A stretch of 61,697 bases of DNA, counting the filler, from Dimorphilus gyrociliatus (taxonomy: Eukaryota > Animalia > Annelida), in the NCBI GenBank assembly GCA_904063045.1. It is 4 parts of 4 records of this genome, joined end to end, with 100 filler letters (N's around TTAATTAATTAA, not from the genome) between each part and the next. Parts side by side here need not be neighbours in the genome. Positions count along the whole stretch, not along the records: positions 1 to 15,645 come from CAJFCJ010000230.1; positions 15,746 to 41,213 come from CAJFCJ010000160.1; 2 more parts are not named here. The stretch is one strand, 5' to 3'. Made by a program: the position numbers and the translations under genes. The notes below the pieces were generated by a model that saw nothing but the letters and a program-made list of their open reading frames with translations, was not told where the DNA came from and ran no database searches. Positions 9,889-22,051 of this stretch are shown piece by piece. The stretch's first letter is position 1, and each line of letters starts with the position of its first letter.

Positions 9889-10386
9889 TTAAACTTTTCT
9901 CTTAGTGACCTTGATATCCTCTAAAAGAGTTATTCCTGGATAAACAGCTGTAATAAACGAAATTACATTTTCTTCATTGCCGGAGTTGTCATTGAACAAA
10001 GTTTCAAGTTCTTTTTTAGTTGCAGGATCTACTTCATTCCCTTGAATAGTTTCTAGTTCTTCAATATGACTAACAGGTGTACCTTCATGTGCCAAAATCA
10101 AGTCTCCTTCCTCCTCACCATAATAATCACTTAATACCCAGTTTCTTTTCTTTGGTATGGCGATGGTGGCATTCGAACCAGAGGTATAGTTAAGAACAGC
10201 GTTTTTATTTGTAACTATGTCTTTTCCTGTTATAATAATTTTAGCAGACCCGTGTTTTCCAGTCTTTACTCTCTTTATTGTTTTGATCTTAATAAGTTCT
10301 TTTTTTCCGCCACTTTCTTCAACCACAATATGATTTTTTTGAAGAGAACCTGCAAGCATTGTATCGATATGTTGATCTTCTACCAT
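9889..10386 (-). CDS. EIF5A: Translation factor eIF5A
   Basis: Hypusine loop KTGKHGSAK. CCCC-AAA-ATG context. Confidence 0.95.
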   Translation of the reverse strand: MVEDQHIDTMLAGSLQKNHIVVEESGGKKELIKIKTIKRVKTGKHGSAKIIITGKDIVTNKNAVLNYTSGSNATIAIPKKRNWVLSDYYGEEEGDLILAHEGTPVSHIEELETIQGNEVDPATKKELETLFNDNSGNEENVISFITAVYPGITLLEDIKVTKRKV

Positions 10387-12332
10387 TTTGGGGGTTATTT
10401 TTTTATTTTTATAATAAAAAATTTTCAGAATTTTTTTCAGTTTAATTCAAAAAAACCTTAGAATGCCAAGCTTTCTCTAATAAATATATGACAATTATTT
10501 ATATAAAATATTTATCTCATTCTAAAACTTTTTAATATTTAAAGAAACTCACTTTTTTTTAAATTTAAAATAAATTAAAAAATTTATAATTTAGAGGATA
10601 AGGAAATCTAAATTGTATTTTATTTCAATTTAATGTATTATAAATCGAACACAAGTATAGATTATTTATAAAGTTTATATTAAAGGGTTGTTTTTTTTTT
10701 AAATTATAATTAGAGAGATTAAGTCAGGTATAGAATTATTCTATATATTATAATATTAATAAAAAACAGGAACTTTTTCTTATAAAATGTTTGAATCAAA
10801 AGAATCCCTTTTAAATAAAGATATTGAGCCTTCTCTAAAATTAACAAGAAAGTTCATTATTTCATCATAAAACTTAATATTTTGATATTATATAATTAGA
10901 GGATACCAGTTATTTAACATAGAATATTCGAGTAAATCGAGATTTCTTACTATACTTTTTTTTTATTATTGTATTAAAATATTGAACTAAATAAATAGAG
11001 GCTTTTGAGAGTATTATTATTATATTAAATAAAGAACAATTCCATTGTAGTGAAATCAGTATGACTTTCTGTAAAAAATTTAATTATAAAGGTTTAACTT
11101 AAAAGTTTTAATAAAAGTTAGAAAAAACATATATAAAAGAACTTTTTCATTTTAATTTAAAAGCTATAAAGAACCCAGATTCAAATATAATACATAAAAC
11201 ATAAAAGGTATAATATATAATTAGCACATGTTTATGGGAATCCCGGTGTAATGAGAAACTTTAAGTCATAAATATGTACGTATAGAATACATTCATAAAG
11301 GGTAATATCATTCCCTTTATTCTATCTTGAAATCAAAACTAAAATTCCATCAAACGGATAAGAGTATCAATTCTATTATTTTAGAAAAGGAAATACAAAA
11401 AATAACGAGGATTTGTCAATATATTCTCAGTGTTATAGAACCCTTTTACTAAGAAAAGCTTCAGTTTTTCTGTCAAGATTAAATAAATAAAAAAGCACAT
11501 TTAGATAACAAGATTATTTTATATAATACGAGTAGATAAGGTCACAAATTTGCTAATAATGTAGTATTTAGTATAACTAAAAATTAAAAAATAAAACTGA
11601 TTATAATCAACCAAAGAGATATTAAAAAAATACAAAATTGGAGATTTTAAGGAACAGTAAAGTTTAATAATTTGCTTGACACGAAAACAGCGATTATTAA
11701 TAATTTATTGAGGTTAAAATTCTAGTATACTGCTTCTAAATATCGAATAGCAAAAGAGAATTCGTGTTAACTTTCAAAGAATTTGTTTTCTATATCAAAA
11801 GTAAACAAAATGAGAGGCTATATAATTAATTATACAAAGAAATTTGTCAAGTAATCAACCCAAGGATACAAAAATATAAATAATAAAGAAGAATTAGGAC
11901 TACTAACAAAATAATGTAACATTAACATAACAATAACTCCCTTCTTACTAATTAATATAATGATGAAATATATACTATCATAGAAACAAATATAGATTTT
12001 ATGTTATTGCTGTTGAAAATACATCTTAAACGACTTAGATACAACAAGATAGGAAATAAAAAAAATTATTCTTTAATTATATATTACAGCATTCCTTTAT
12101 GAAATTAGTATAAAAATTATTGTTGATTTACTTAGTGTAAATATTGATAAAACACTGACATGAAGATTTTTTTATAATAAAAATCTACCTAAACATTTAA
12201 AAATTGCTATGGTAACATTTTTATGTACATCAATTATTAATAGAATATTTAAAAAAAAACAATTCCTTGTACAAAAAAGCGAACTTAAAAATATTCTAGA
12301 AATTACATAAATAATTGAATCCTGGTTAGCCT

Positions 12333-12914
12333 ATGAAAAAAAATTCCCCTTTTTTTTTATTAAAAAGAAGTTTCAGCTATTTATTTATGTTAGATGAGAC
12401 TTCTTCAACAAATACAAGAAATACTTTTTCTTCGAGTACAGGTAGCACAGAAAGAAATCTACTAAAAGAAAGACTACATGCAAAACTAAAAACTACACAT
12501 TTAACGAAATCTAAACTAAAGAAAATCCCTGCTATTAAGTCTAACCCAATATCTGACCATTTATTAGATATTCTATGTCAGTCTAGTGATCCTGGTTGTC
12601 CAGGTAAAGCTAAAAGCGAACTAAAAGAGTCTGCTTTAGAAGATTTAAGATTATTCATAGAACCTAGTAGACTGAATGATAAACTTTCTTTTTTATTTAA
12701 AATCTATGATACAGATAGAGATGGTAAAATATCAAACATAGAGTTATTTAGAATTATAAAACTACACTCTGATTTGGATGATGGAGCTATACAACAAATT
12801 ATTGATAACACGTTTATGTTAGTAGGGAAAACAGAACATATAAATGAGGAAGAATTCAAAAGACTAGTTTTAAGTAATTCAAAAAATTTAAGTATGTTTA
12901 TGAGAGCAGGATAG
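12333..12914 (+). CDS. CNB1: Calcineurin B-like EF-hand protein
   Basis: DKLSFLFKIYDTDRDGKISNIELF (EF3) and IQQIIDNTF...INEEEF (EF4-like). The N-terminal EF hands are degenerate and there is no MG myristoylation start. Confidence 0.72.
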   Translation: MKKNSPFFLLKRSFSYLFMLDETSSTNTRNTFSSSTGSTERNLLKERLHAKLKTTHLTKSKLKKIPAIKSNPISDHLLDILCQSSDPGCPGKAKSELKESALEDLRLFIEPSRLNDKLSFLFKIYDTDRDGKISNIELFRIIKLHSDLDDGAIQQIIDNTFMLVGKTEHINEEEFKRLVLSNSKNLSMFMRAG

Positions 12915-13345
12915 TTGTCTATGATAATATTGAAATAAGTTTTTTATAATTTAGTAATTATATATAGAAAATGTCTTTCTAAATAGAATTTTTGAATTTT
13001 TTAAGGTTGTTTGTTAGATTGTTAATATTTGAAATATATAAGTTTAATGAATTATATTAAATATCATTAATTCTTATTTTACACTTGATTTAAAAAATCA
13101 CGTTAATATTAAAAATTAGTATAAAATTATTCAGTGAAATTTATAACTAAAGGTTTACAGGAAGGAAACACTTCAAATCTCTACTTAATTTATAAACATA
13201 ATACTTTATTAAACTTGTAACTTTAATTGATTTTTTCATTGAATTCCTATTTAAATTAATTTATAAATTCTAAGTTAAACAATAACTTTTACATTTAAAC
13301 TCAATTTTTTCTAAAATATTGTTTTTTTATTATTTTAAGACCCAT

Positions 13346-13564
13346 ATGAAAAAAAAGCTACAGGGATTAAAAGATAAAAAAATAAAAGTCAAAACTACAG
13401 ATAAAAGAGTATTTGAAGGTGTTTTACTTTCAAGTGATAAAAATTTAAATATTATTGTAAATGACGTTCATGAGTCAATTTATAAAAATAATGAAATTTT
13501 AAAAAGAAGATTTTTAGGATTAGTTATTTTTAGAGGTAGTTTTGTACTTTCTATTGAAGGATAG
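13346..13564 (+). CDS. SmB: Sm protein SmB-like (72 aa, no C-terminal RG/Pro tail)
   Basis: The real start is probably the ATG at 13346 after GACCCAT. Sm1 is VKTTDKRVFEGVLLSSDKNLN. Sm2 RFLGLVIFRG...SIEG matches SmB (R.LGLvllRGe.lvSmtvEG). Confidence 0.72.
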   Translation: MKKKLQGLKDKKIKVKTTDKRVFEGVLLSSDKNLNIIVNDVHESIYKNNEILKRRFLGLVIFRGSFVLSIEG

Positions 13565-13597
13565 GTAATTTGTTTTATAAAAATTTTTATTAACAAC

Positions 13598-14863
13598 TTA
13601 GAATGCTTTAACACTTCCATTTCTAATAAAAAGTAATAAACCTGCAAGAATACAAAATATATAACCAAACATTAACTTTGATACAATTTTTTTATAAACT
13701 TTTGTTGGTATATTACGTTTTTTTGGGACATAATAACATACTGATATTCCAATTAAACATGGAATTAAACCATAACAGAGGGAATCATGTACTGAGTTGA
13801 CTAACATAAGATTATTTTCTATATCAATAGATTTCATCATCGTTCGTAATGAGCTATTAAAAAGAAAGGATGTTATTCTTGTCAAGAATTCTAAAAGTGT
13901 ACAAATTACCACTCCATATTTTTTCTCTAGAATGATTTGTTTATGATAAGTTTTTTGAATGTCAAGTTGGCTGTTTTTTGTATCTATTTCTCTTGATTTC
14001 ATTTTAGAAACGATTATTATTTTTAAATAACATAATAAAAGAGATAACAAAAACATACATTTTACATTTAAAACTTTCAAAACTATGTTTGTAGAAAGAT
14101 ATAATGTCAATTCAACTGACATACAACATATTTTGATAACATTAAAACCTTTTCTTGGAATATACCTTTCAAAAAGATCTCTTTCGATATAATTAAAAAG
14201 TTGTAAGGGAATCTGGTGTATGAAAGAACACAATATCAATATAATATATTCAAAATGAAACTTAAACGTTGTATTTTTTGTTATAGGTTTATATTCTATA
14301 TTAGTTAGTACGTAGAATATTATCCCTAAAATTGTTGAAATACCATTTATTATTAAAACAGAAAACCATAATGTTTCTTCTGATTTGAATATATAAGCTA
14401 GTAAGTTCATTAATAGAAATAGAGATATATTTCCTATAACATAAGTGCATCTATAGTAAGAACCTATACTTTGTTCTTTTGTTTTATCAATTCTTGTTCT
14501 ATAATTTGCAACTAATCCTTCAAGAGTTGATAAAATACAACCAACAATAAAGTTGAAAATTCCAAAAATCACACTTACATAAAATTTTTTTAACTTTAAA
14601 GACTTTTTTATAAAATTGAATAAAAACAAACAAATGAACTGTAAAAACAATAAAATGGCGATTAAATTACAGTTAATTTTGAAAATACCAGCCGTAATAG
14701 AACCTAGAAACCCTAAAGCATATAAAGTCATCAATTTAAATATAAATGTTGCATCAAGATTAAGTCTATTTTTCATAATAGGAAATGCAAAGTTAATAAA
14801 AGAATATGTACTACTAAATGTAAAAATCGCTGCTATTAAAAAAAATATATACTCTGTTTCCAT
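13598..14863 (-). CDS. Multi-pass membrane protein, MFS-like transporter
   Basis: 421 aa with about 12 hydrophobic segments in two halves and a central loop. GACCCTTA directly before the ATG. Confidence 0.62.
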   Translation of the reverse strand: METEYIFFLIAAIFTFSSTYSFINFAFPIMKNRLNLDATFIFKLMTLYALGFLGSITAGIFKINCNLIAILLFLQFICLFLFNFIKKSLKLKKFYVSVIFGIFNFIVGCILSTLEGLVANYRTRIDKTKEQSIGSYYRCTYVIGNISLFLLMNLLAYIFKSEETLWFSVLIINGISTILGIIFYVLTNIEYKPITKNTTFKFHFEYIILILCSFIHQIPLQLFNYIERDLFERYIPRKGFNVIKICCMSVELTLYLSTNIVLKVLNVKCMFLLSLLLCYLKIIIVSKMKSREIDTKNSQLDIQKTYHKQIILEKKYGVVICTLLEFLTRITSFLFNSSLRTMMKSIDIENNLMLVNSVHDSLCYGLIPCLIGISVCYYVPKKRNIPTKVYKKIVSKLMFGYIFCILAGLLLFIRNGSVKAF

Positions 14864-15645
14864 TAAGGGTCTAAATTTGAGTATAAAGTTACAACAAATA
14901 ATATATTAAATATAACAATTCATTTATACAAAAATTATATGTTTATCGATTTTTTCCTTCTAATTTTAGTCAAATAGTTTAAAAGTGATGGATTCATATT
15001 TAATTAAATTAATCAAAAAAAATTGGTATATTTAATATCTCAGCAGAATGTTATTTATAAATTAATGTATGGTTCCAATGGCGAGAACAAACTCTAAATA
15101 TAATTTTAGCTTCTTTTTTGTAATTTATTATAAAAAGTGTCATTCTTGGTCAGTGCAAAATTCAATGTAGTCTAATTTTCTAAATAAAGATGAATAAAAT
15201 TCAACGAATAAACAACTTTAATTAATAAAATTAAACGGAGAGAACTCAACGTTCACTTCGGTTTTTTTAGTATTATGCTTATAAGTTTATTTATTTTATA
15301 TCTTGATACTAATATCTTATATAATCATGTTTCACTACAGGCATTATCAATGAAACTAGTATATCCTTTTTTAGAAAACATATATTTTTAGTTTTTTATA
15401 AAAATTCAAACGTCAGGACAGGATAGAAAACATTGGATTGAAAAAAGACATTACGATTCTAATTTTGAATATTAATACTATATTTTAGAATAAAAAATCG
15501 ATTAATAAAGCTGAAAGCCCTATTTAGTTTTTCATGATATCTTATATGATGGTCATTGGTTTTGATAGTTTATAGGCACCTATTATTAATTCCAGCTATT
15601 GGTTCAGTTAGTGGATCTTCGTTTTCTTTCCAACTTGCTTTTCCA

Positions 15646-15745
15646 NNNNNNNNNNNNNNNNNNNNNNNNNNNNNNNNNNNNNNNNNNNNTTAATTAATTA
15701 ANNNNNNNNNNNNNNNNNNNNNNNNNNNNNNNNNNNNNNNNNNNN
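15646..15745. other. Artificial contig-joining spacer (N44-TTAATTAATTAA-N44)
   Basis: 100 nt with a palindromic 12-mer that places stops in all six frames. Identical spacers occur at 41214 and 55542. Confidence 0.98.
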
Positions 15746-18700
15746 TTAGAATTTAGCGAGAATTTAATACGAACAGTATCTTGTTCAAAAATTGAAAAAA
15801 ACTTGAATAAATGTCAATTTATTAAACAAAAATTTAGATTTTACGATCATTACGCAATCAGATTGAAATGTTTCGACAGAATAGAAATTTCAACACTAGA
15901 AATATCAGGTAAGAAAAATAGAAGAAGGAGATTGAATAAATGAAAATAAACCAATTAATTGATTAATTAATTAATCTAGGATTATCTATTGGATTATCAA
16001 ATTCAAATTTGAATTTATACAAATACAATTATGCATCAATCTATGAATCGTTTAACGGATATTTGGAATTTAAATTTCAAAATTTTTGGTATAGAATAAG
16101 CAATATTTATTTAAGAAATAAAGAAATAAATCTTATTTGTAAAAGTTTCTATTTTAAAAGTGGTACAATTGATTTTCTAGATGAAAATATAAATGGACAA
16201 AATTTTCCTTTCGCCACATTAAACTGTCCTCTAAATGCTAAACATTTCGATAATTGTTCTCTTAATAATATTATGAATTTTCACCTGAAACAAACGCCAT
16301 CTATTGGACTATACTGTTCAAAAACAATTATTCAATGCGACCAATCAGCGTCTAATCAAACTATTGACATATTTAAATACTTAAATAGTTGTTATTATTT
16401 ATATAAAATTCAAAATAAGATTAATTTTAAAAATGCTGAAAATTTCTGCTGGGCAAAGGGAAAAAGATTAGTTGGAATAGCTAGTCAAGATGAAGCAAGA
16501 TTTCTTGAAAGTGCCCTACTATCGGTCAATTCAAATTCTTTGGAGGCTATCACAGTGGAGAGGCTTAAATGGAGCATTCCAATTGGCTAGTATATCATAT
16601 AGAAAGGTCAAGGTGATATCATTTCTTTTTTCTTCTTCCACAGGCTCATCTGTAATGGTTGAAGGAGACCGAAAAAGGTGGCTAACCACCGACAATATCT
16701 CATATAATTTAGTAGGAATGTGGGCGATAAATGAATCAATTAATGGACGATTAGTGATTAGTATCTTTTGATAAACACGGAGATAAATAGAACAAAACGA
16801 AATAAAGGTGCGGAATCGATGTGAACGAACCACACTACGACTGGTTTAATAATCCTTGTACAAAATTGCAAAAGTATAAACAATTTAATTTCTATGCTTT
16901 CTATTCAGTAAAATGTTCAGAAAAACAATTCAATTCAATTGTCTGCGAAGATGAAAAAAGTAAAAAAAAATTCATAATAATAAATGATCCTCAAGACATA
17001 TTTTTTTTTTAAAAAACAAAGATTTCATTAATCTGACTATGACAAAATATGAGAATATCGTTGAAATAAATTTGGAAAATAGATTTTTCCATAGAAATAG
17101 ACTGGTTACTTATCTTGTTTATGAAAAAGAATTGAATAGAACTCTATCTAAGTTTTTAAATGTAAAATATCAAAAGAATGTATAAGTATCATTTGCAAAT
17201 GTGATGGTTATAGAGATTGTAAAGATGGTTCTGATGAAGAGATGTGTCCGAATTTGATTGAAACTTCCGACACTTTTGAATGAGATAACAGATGAAAATA
17301 TTAAGCGTTATTCAAATTTGCTATCATAATTTTGATTGTCTAGATAAATCTGATGAGAGAAATTGTCGTAAGTTTTAATTGATTGATTTATTTATTCATT
17401 CATTTTCAACATTTAAATTTGAAATAAGATTTTGAAAAATGTAAAAAAGGCACGTGGACTTGCCATGATCAGAGATGCATTGCTAGTAAATTTGTATGCG
17501 ATTCTAAGAAAGATTGTCTAGATGGATCTGATGAGACAGATTGCCAAACTGCAAGTTTGTTGAATGTTGAATAGTTGATATCTATTATTACTCATTTTGT
17601 CAAAATCAGGCGAACATGGACATCTTTGCTATAGTGGTGATATTATTGCTAAAACTGACTATTGTGATTTCAAGATTGATTGTATTTTTCAAAATGAAGA
17701 AAAACAATGTGAAAAATGTTAGTAAAAATTTTGTCACCATTTTTAAGTAGTTGAAACTCAACTAAAATTTTAAATTAGCTTTTAAGGCATGGGAAGATTC
17801 ACCTTGTCATACTTACTATCTTCATAAAGGTTCAAATACCCATCTCTTACGGTCGAAATTTTATAGTTAGTTTTTTTTTTACAAGATCTCTTGTTCTAGT
17901 CTATTAAACCTGGGTCACACTATCAATTTTTCAGATTTTTATTAACAATACGTCTTTACTAAGTCCAATTATTGTAAGTTTTTTTGTAATAATTTCATCA
18001 TTTCATCCATAAATGTTTTTAAAACAAAAAGATCCAAGAAATTGTAGATATATCTATAATTACCAACAAAGATTTCTAGTAAAATCTCATCCTCCTTTTA
18101 ATTCTCTAATTGGATGTAGACATTTGAGAATCTGCTCACCTGGTGATTATAGATGTTCAACATATCAGTATTGTATTGAAGCGACAAAAGTATGCGATGG
18201 AATTAACGATTGCCTTTTGAAGGAAGACGAAATTAATTGCAGTTAGTTTGGAAAAAATACTTTCTTATTTTTTGCCAAATAATTCAAATATTTCAAATAT
18301 TTTTCCAGAATCTTATGCTGCCAAAGGTTTATATAGTTGCAGAAAAAGTTATCAATATATCTCTTTAGCGGAACTTTCCGCTAGAGTAATATCCCACAAA
18401 TGTCATGATGGTAATCTACTGTGTCAAGGAATTCAATGTCCTCAAGGAGATGACGAGGATAATAGAATTTGTTTTACAAACATATTCTGTCCAGATGGAT
18501 GTTCTTGCTTTTCCCCATTAGATATAAATTGCAGTATCAGTATTAATACAACAACAACAGCAATGGAAAAAAGAATTGGAAGTAATTTAATAATTCATGG
18601 TCTATCATTAACAAAAATGACACAATCTTTCAATGAAATATTTAAATATTTCTTTCAAAAGAGTGAAATTTCAAAGAAACTTTTTAAATTAAAGATAAAA

Positions 18701-20277
18701 AATTCCAATTTTTCCTTATCATATAATCTTAGTAAATTTATTAATTTAAAAATTTTGCATATTGAAAATTGTAATAATTTAACAAACTTAACAAATCAAT
18801 CTTTATCATTCTATCATCTTTCAAATATAAATTATTTAAATTTAACAAAAATGGTATTTTTGAAATTTTTGATGATACTTTTAAAAATCAAAAATTATTG
18901 AAAATTCTTGATTTATCTTTTAGTAAAATTGAAATATTAAATAGAAAAATTTTTGAAAATCTTCAACAATTGAAAATATTAAAAATTGAATATTCAAAAA
19001 TAATTGAAATTAAACAATTTACTTTTCAACCATTTATTTATCTCAATGAATTATTAATGAAACATGCTGAATTATTAACAATATTTAAAATTAGGTCAAA
19101 TTTAATATAAGCAATTAAAGATAATTGAAAGTAAATATATAATTTTATGTTGTTTTGGTGAAAAATTTCATAAATTGAGGAAATGTTTACCTAAAAAGAC
19201 AATTTATTTTTCATGTGGACAATTATTTAATTCTTACATTTTAAAAAGTTAAGTTATTTGTAGAATAACAATAAAAAAACAATAACAACAACATTAACAC
19301 ACCAAAACAGAAATTATTTATATTATTATAATATTTGGATATTTTGGAAATTTATTATTGATTTATCTAAAGTTTAAAGGATTCAAAAAACCATCAAATT
19401 TGATTCATTCCACAACAACAATTGCTGATTTTTGTTATATCATCTATCTTTCAATTATTGCTGTGTTTGATGAAAGTCTTCAAGAGAAATATTTAGAAAA
19501 TGATTGGATATGGAGACATAGTAGATTGTGTAAATTTTTAGCAACTCTTAGCAGTTTTTCCTGTCTGTTATCACCAATTAGTCTTGTTTTATTGACATTT
19601 GAAAAAATGGCTGCTGTTAAACAATATCAAAAGTTTCTTGACATGAATTATAAAGCAATATTGAGTATATTGGCAATAATAGTTTTAATATCAATACTGT
19701 TTTCTATATTTCCTTTGTTATATTTTAAGGTATTTGTTTGTTTTACTAATTTCTGATATAATATTATTTTTATAAAGGAATACTCAACAAGATATCCGTT
19801 ATGCTTTTCTCTCCATTTAACCAATGAAGGGATAAATGGATGACTCTATTCCCTACTTATCTTTTCCGTATTACCAATAATCTTACTTATCATGATCATT
19901 GCTTTTTATGTAGTCATATTTAAAGAAGTATCAAAATCTAGTGCAGTCTTAACAAAACAACAATTTTTTTCAAGAATGATAAATCTATTTCTTGTTGCCT
20001 TTTTTATTGTATTAACAAATATTTTAACATGGTTACCTATTCTTTTAATAAGTAATTGAACTGACAAAAAAAAGCAAAAATTCTTCTTTGAATTCAAATT
20101 TCAAATTGTCTTTTTTAATGTATTTTAGCTGCATTTCAAAAAAGTCCATTAACCCAAGAAACTTATATATGGATATTTATTTGTGTGCTACCAATGAATT
20201 CAGCTTTAAATCATCTTATCTGTAATAGTCATGAAGTGAGGCAATTTTTTGAAAAAAGAAAAAAAGCTAAAAAGTAA
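15746..20277 (+). pseudogene. GRL101-like receptor (SRCR-like + C-type lectin + multiple LDLa + LRR + 7TM GPCR), disrupted and 5'-truncated by the contig end
   Basis: CTL NSCYYL...AENFCWAKGKRLV. LDLa units CDGYRDCKDGSDEEMC, CDSKKDCLDGSDETDC and CDGINDCLLKEDEINC. LRRNT CPDGCSC, then LRRs, hinge LCC...CLP...SC, and 7TM with ADF, TWLP and VLPMNSALN. Short GT-AG introns. In-frame TGA at 17281 and 19841 plus frameshifts near 16588 and 17295. Confidence 0.85.
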
Positions 20278-22051
20278 ATTACTTAATTATTTAATTAATT
20301 TGATTCATAAGTTTTATTATCATTTTTTTGAATGAGAAATTCAAGTTCTTGCTTTATACAGAGAGATTTTCCATCACCAGTTACAGACAACAATTTTAAA
20401 AAAACTTACTTTTTCTTTTCTTCTTTTAAATCTTTTCAAAAAAAGAAATCTTATCATTTATATAAATTTTTTTTATAAAATTAGTTAAAGAATTGTTCTT
20501 AAATCCTGTAAAATATGGAATTATTTTCAAAAATTCAACTACTAAATTCAAATTAGTAAATTTTGATAAAAATGAAGATTACGTTATAGAACTAAATAAA
20601 TTTTGTAAAAGAATGATAAATATTTTGGAAATGTTAGATGAGCTTAAAATCTGTTTAAAAACTATAAATAAACAATTATTTTCTTATCAAGTAAAAAAAA
20701 ACAATTTCGTTTTCTTAAAAATTAATAAAATTTGTTTTAGAGAAATGAAAAAGGCATTAAGATGTATTTTCTCTTAATTGAACATTCAAATATTAGTTTG
20801 AATGCTGAAAAAATGGCAAGAATGAGAAATCTTCAGAATTTAATGTTTTTTATTGAAAATATTTTAAATTGTCGTCTCAATGAAATTCAATAAATTTTTC
20901 CAACAGTAACAAAAAAATAGCTTAAATTATTACCAGTTTCAGTTAATAAAAAAAATTGCTGCTTGATATTAGGACATTTCATCCCTCTTGTCTTGTCAAT
21001 TTCTTATAAAATTGTATTAGATCAGCTTGTCTTGCTAATTCTCTGATAGATTGTATAAGTTTTTTTTATGTTCCCACTGCTCTATTTAATCTTGTTTGCT
21101 TAACCGTCAATTTATTATTATTTTTTATTCTGACAAGGTAGCAGGTGAAACTGTACCGGGGTTATACCGTACCCACGTAAAAGCATTTCTTAATAACTAT
21201 GGAACTAGATTCGATTGAGTAAATTGTGCAGTTTTAGCTGTCTGCCTTACACATTCTTAACTTGATTTGCATAATTGTCAATCATTTTTTTAATGAAATA
21301 TAAATAGAATGCATCACTTTCATAGAAATGTGATTATCACACATATAAAAATAGGAAAAAATGACTGTTAAGACTAAAGCAACTTTTATTAAAAGAACTA
21401 CATTGATCAATACAATGTTTTATTAATAAGATTCTTAACATTTTCAATTAAGAAATTGATCATTTCTTTTCTGTGCTGTCTATATTAAGCTCTATTGCGA
21501 AATATTGAAATTTTCATAACTTCAGATGGCGCTACCATCAACAATTTTAAAAGCTTCCTTATTACTTTGAAGAATTGAATATCATATATATGATAACCTG
21601 TAAGTTGTAAGAGTTAACAAGACAAGTTTAAAATACATATTAGAATTGTACGACAATTTTATAATATATATAAATCCACTGGAAAATCCAGACAGGAAAT
21701 GTCATCAAGTGAAATATTTGAAAGTATGATTTTGGATTGATTAGGAGGAGTAAAGTTGCTATTGATTTGTAGTTAGGGGGAGGGGCGGATGCCATCTTCA
21801 TTCTCCTGTTCTTTCAGAATAACGATATAAGTTAAAAACCTTAGATTGAGGATCGATAAATGGAAAATATTTAGTAAAAAATGCCTATTTTGGGAAATCT
21901 CATACGGCATATTAAAAGAAATCTACTAAAAATTGAAAACTGGTAAATGGTCATTTGATAGATATAGTACTGCAGTTTTGAAATCTGTTTCCATTTTAGT
22001 AGTAACAATTGAGAAAAGCAGTAAGAGAGATTAACTTAAAATTAATTAAAT

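Noticed and set aside
2575-14909. ORFs antisense to real genes (2575..2805, 4042..4344, 6891..7334, 8850..9152, 10252..10461, 13480..13668, 14616..14909) and similar ones in ABCC, SUB2 and Merlin
   Set aside because: They are fully or largely overlapped by well-supported genes on the other strand and have no motifs or start context.
15690-15701. Palindromic TTAATTAATTAA recurring three times
   Set aside because: It is always centred in a 100-nt N block and gives stops in all frames, so it is a concatenation linker and not a biological site.
17281-19843. In-frame TGA at a conserved Cys (17281) and a conserved Trp (19841) position, suggesting TGA recoding
   Set aside because: The same gene has frameshifts, the ENaC has an in-frame TAA, ABCC uses TGG for Trp throughout, and TGA ends the Tc1 ORF. 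Single substitutions in pseudogenes explain it.
20330-21130. ORF 20493..20777 and surrounding coding-like sequence
   Set aside because: No recognisable motif and stops in all candidate frames, so I cannot support a gene call.
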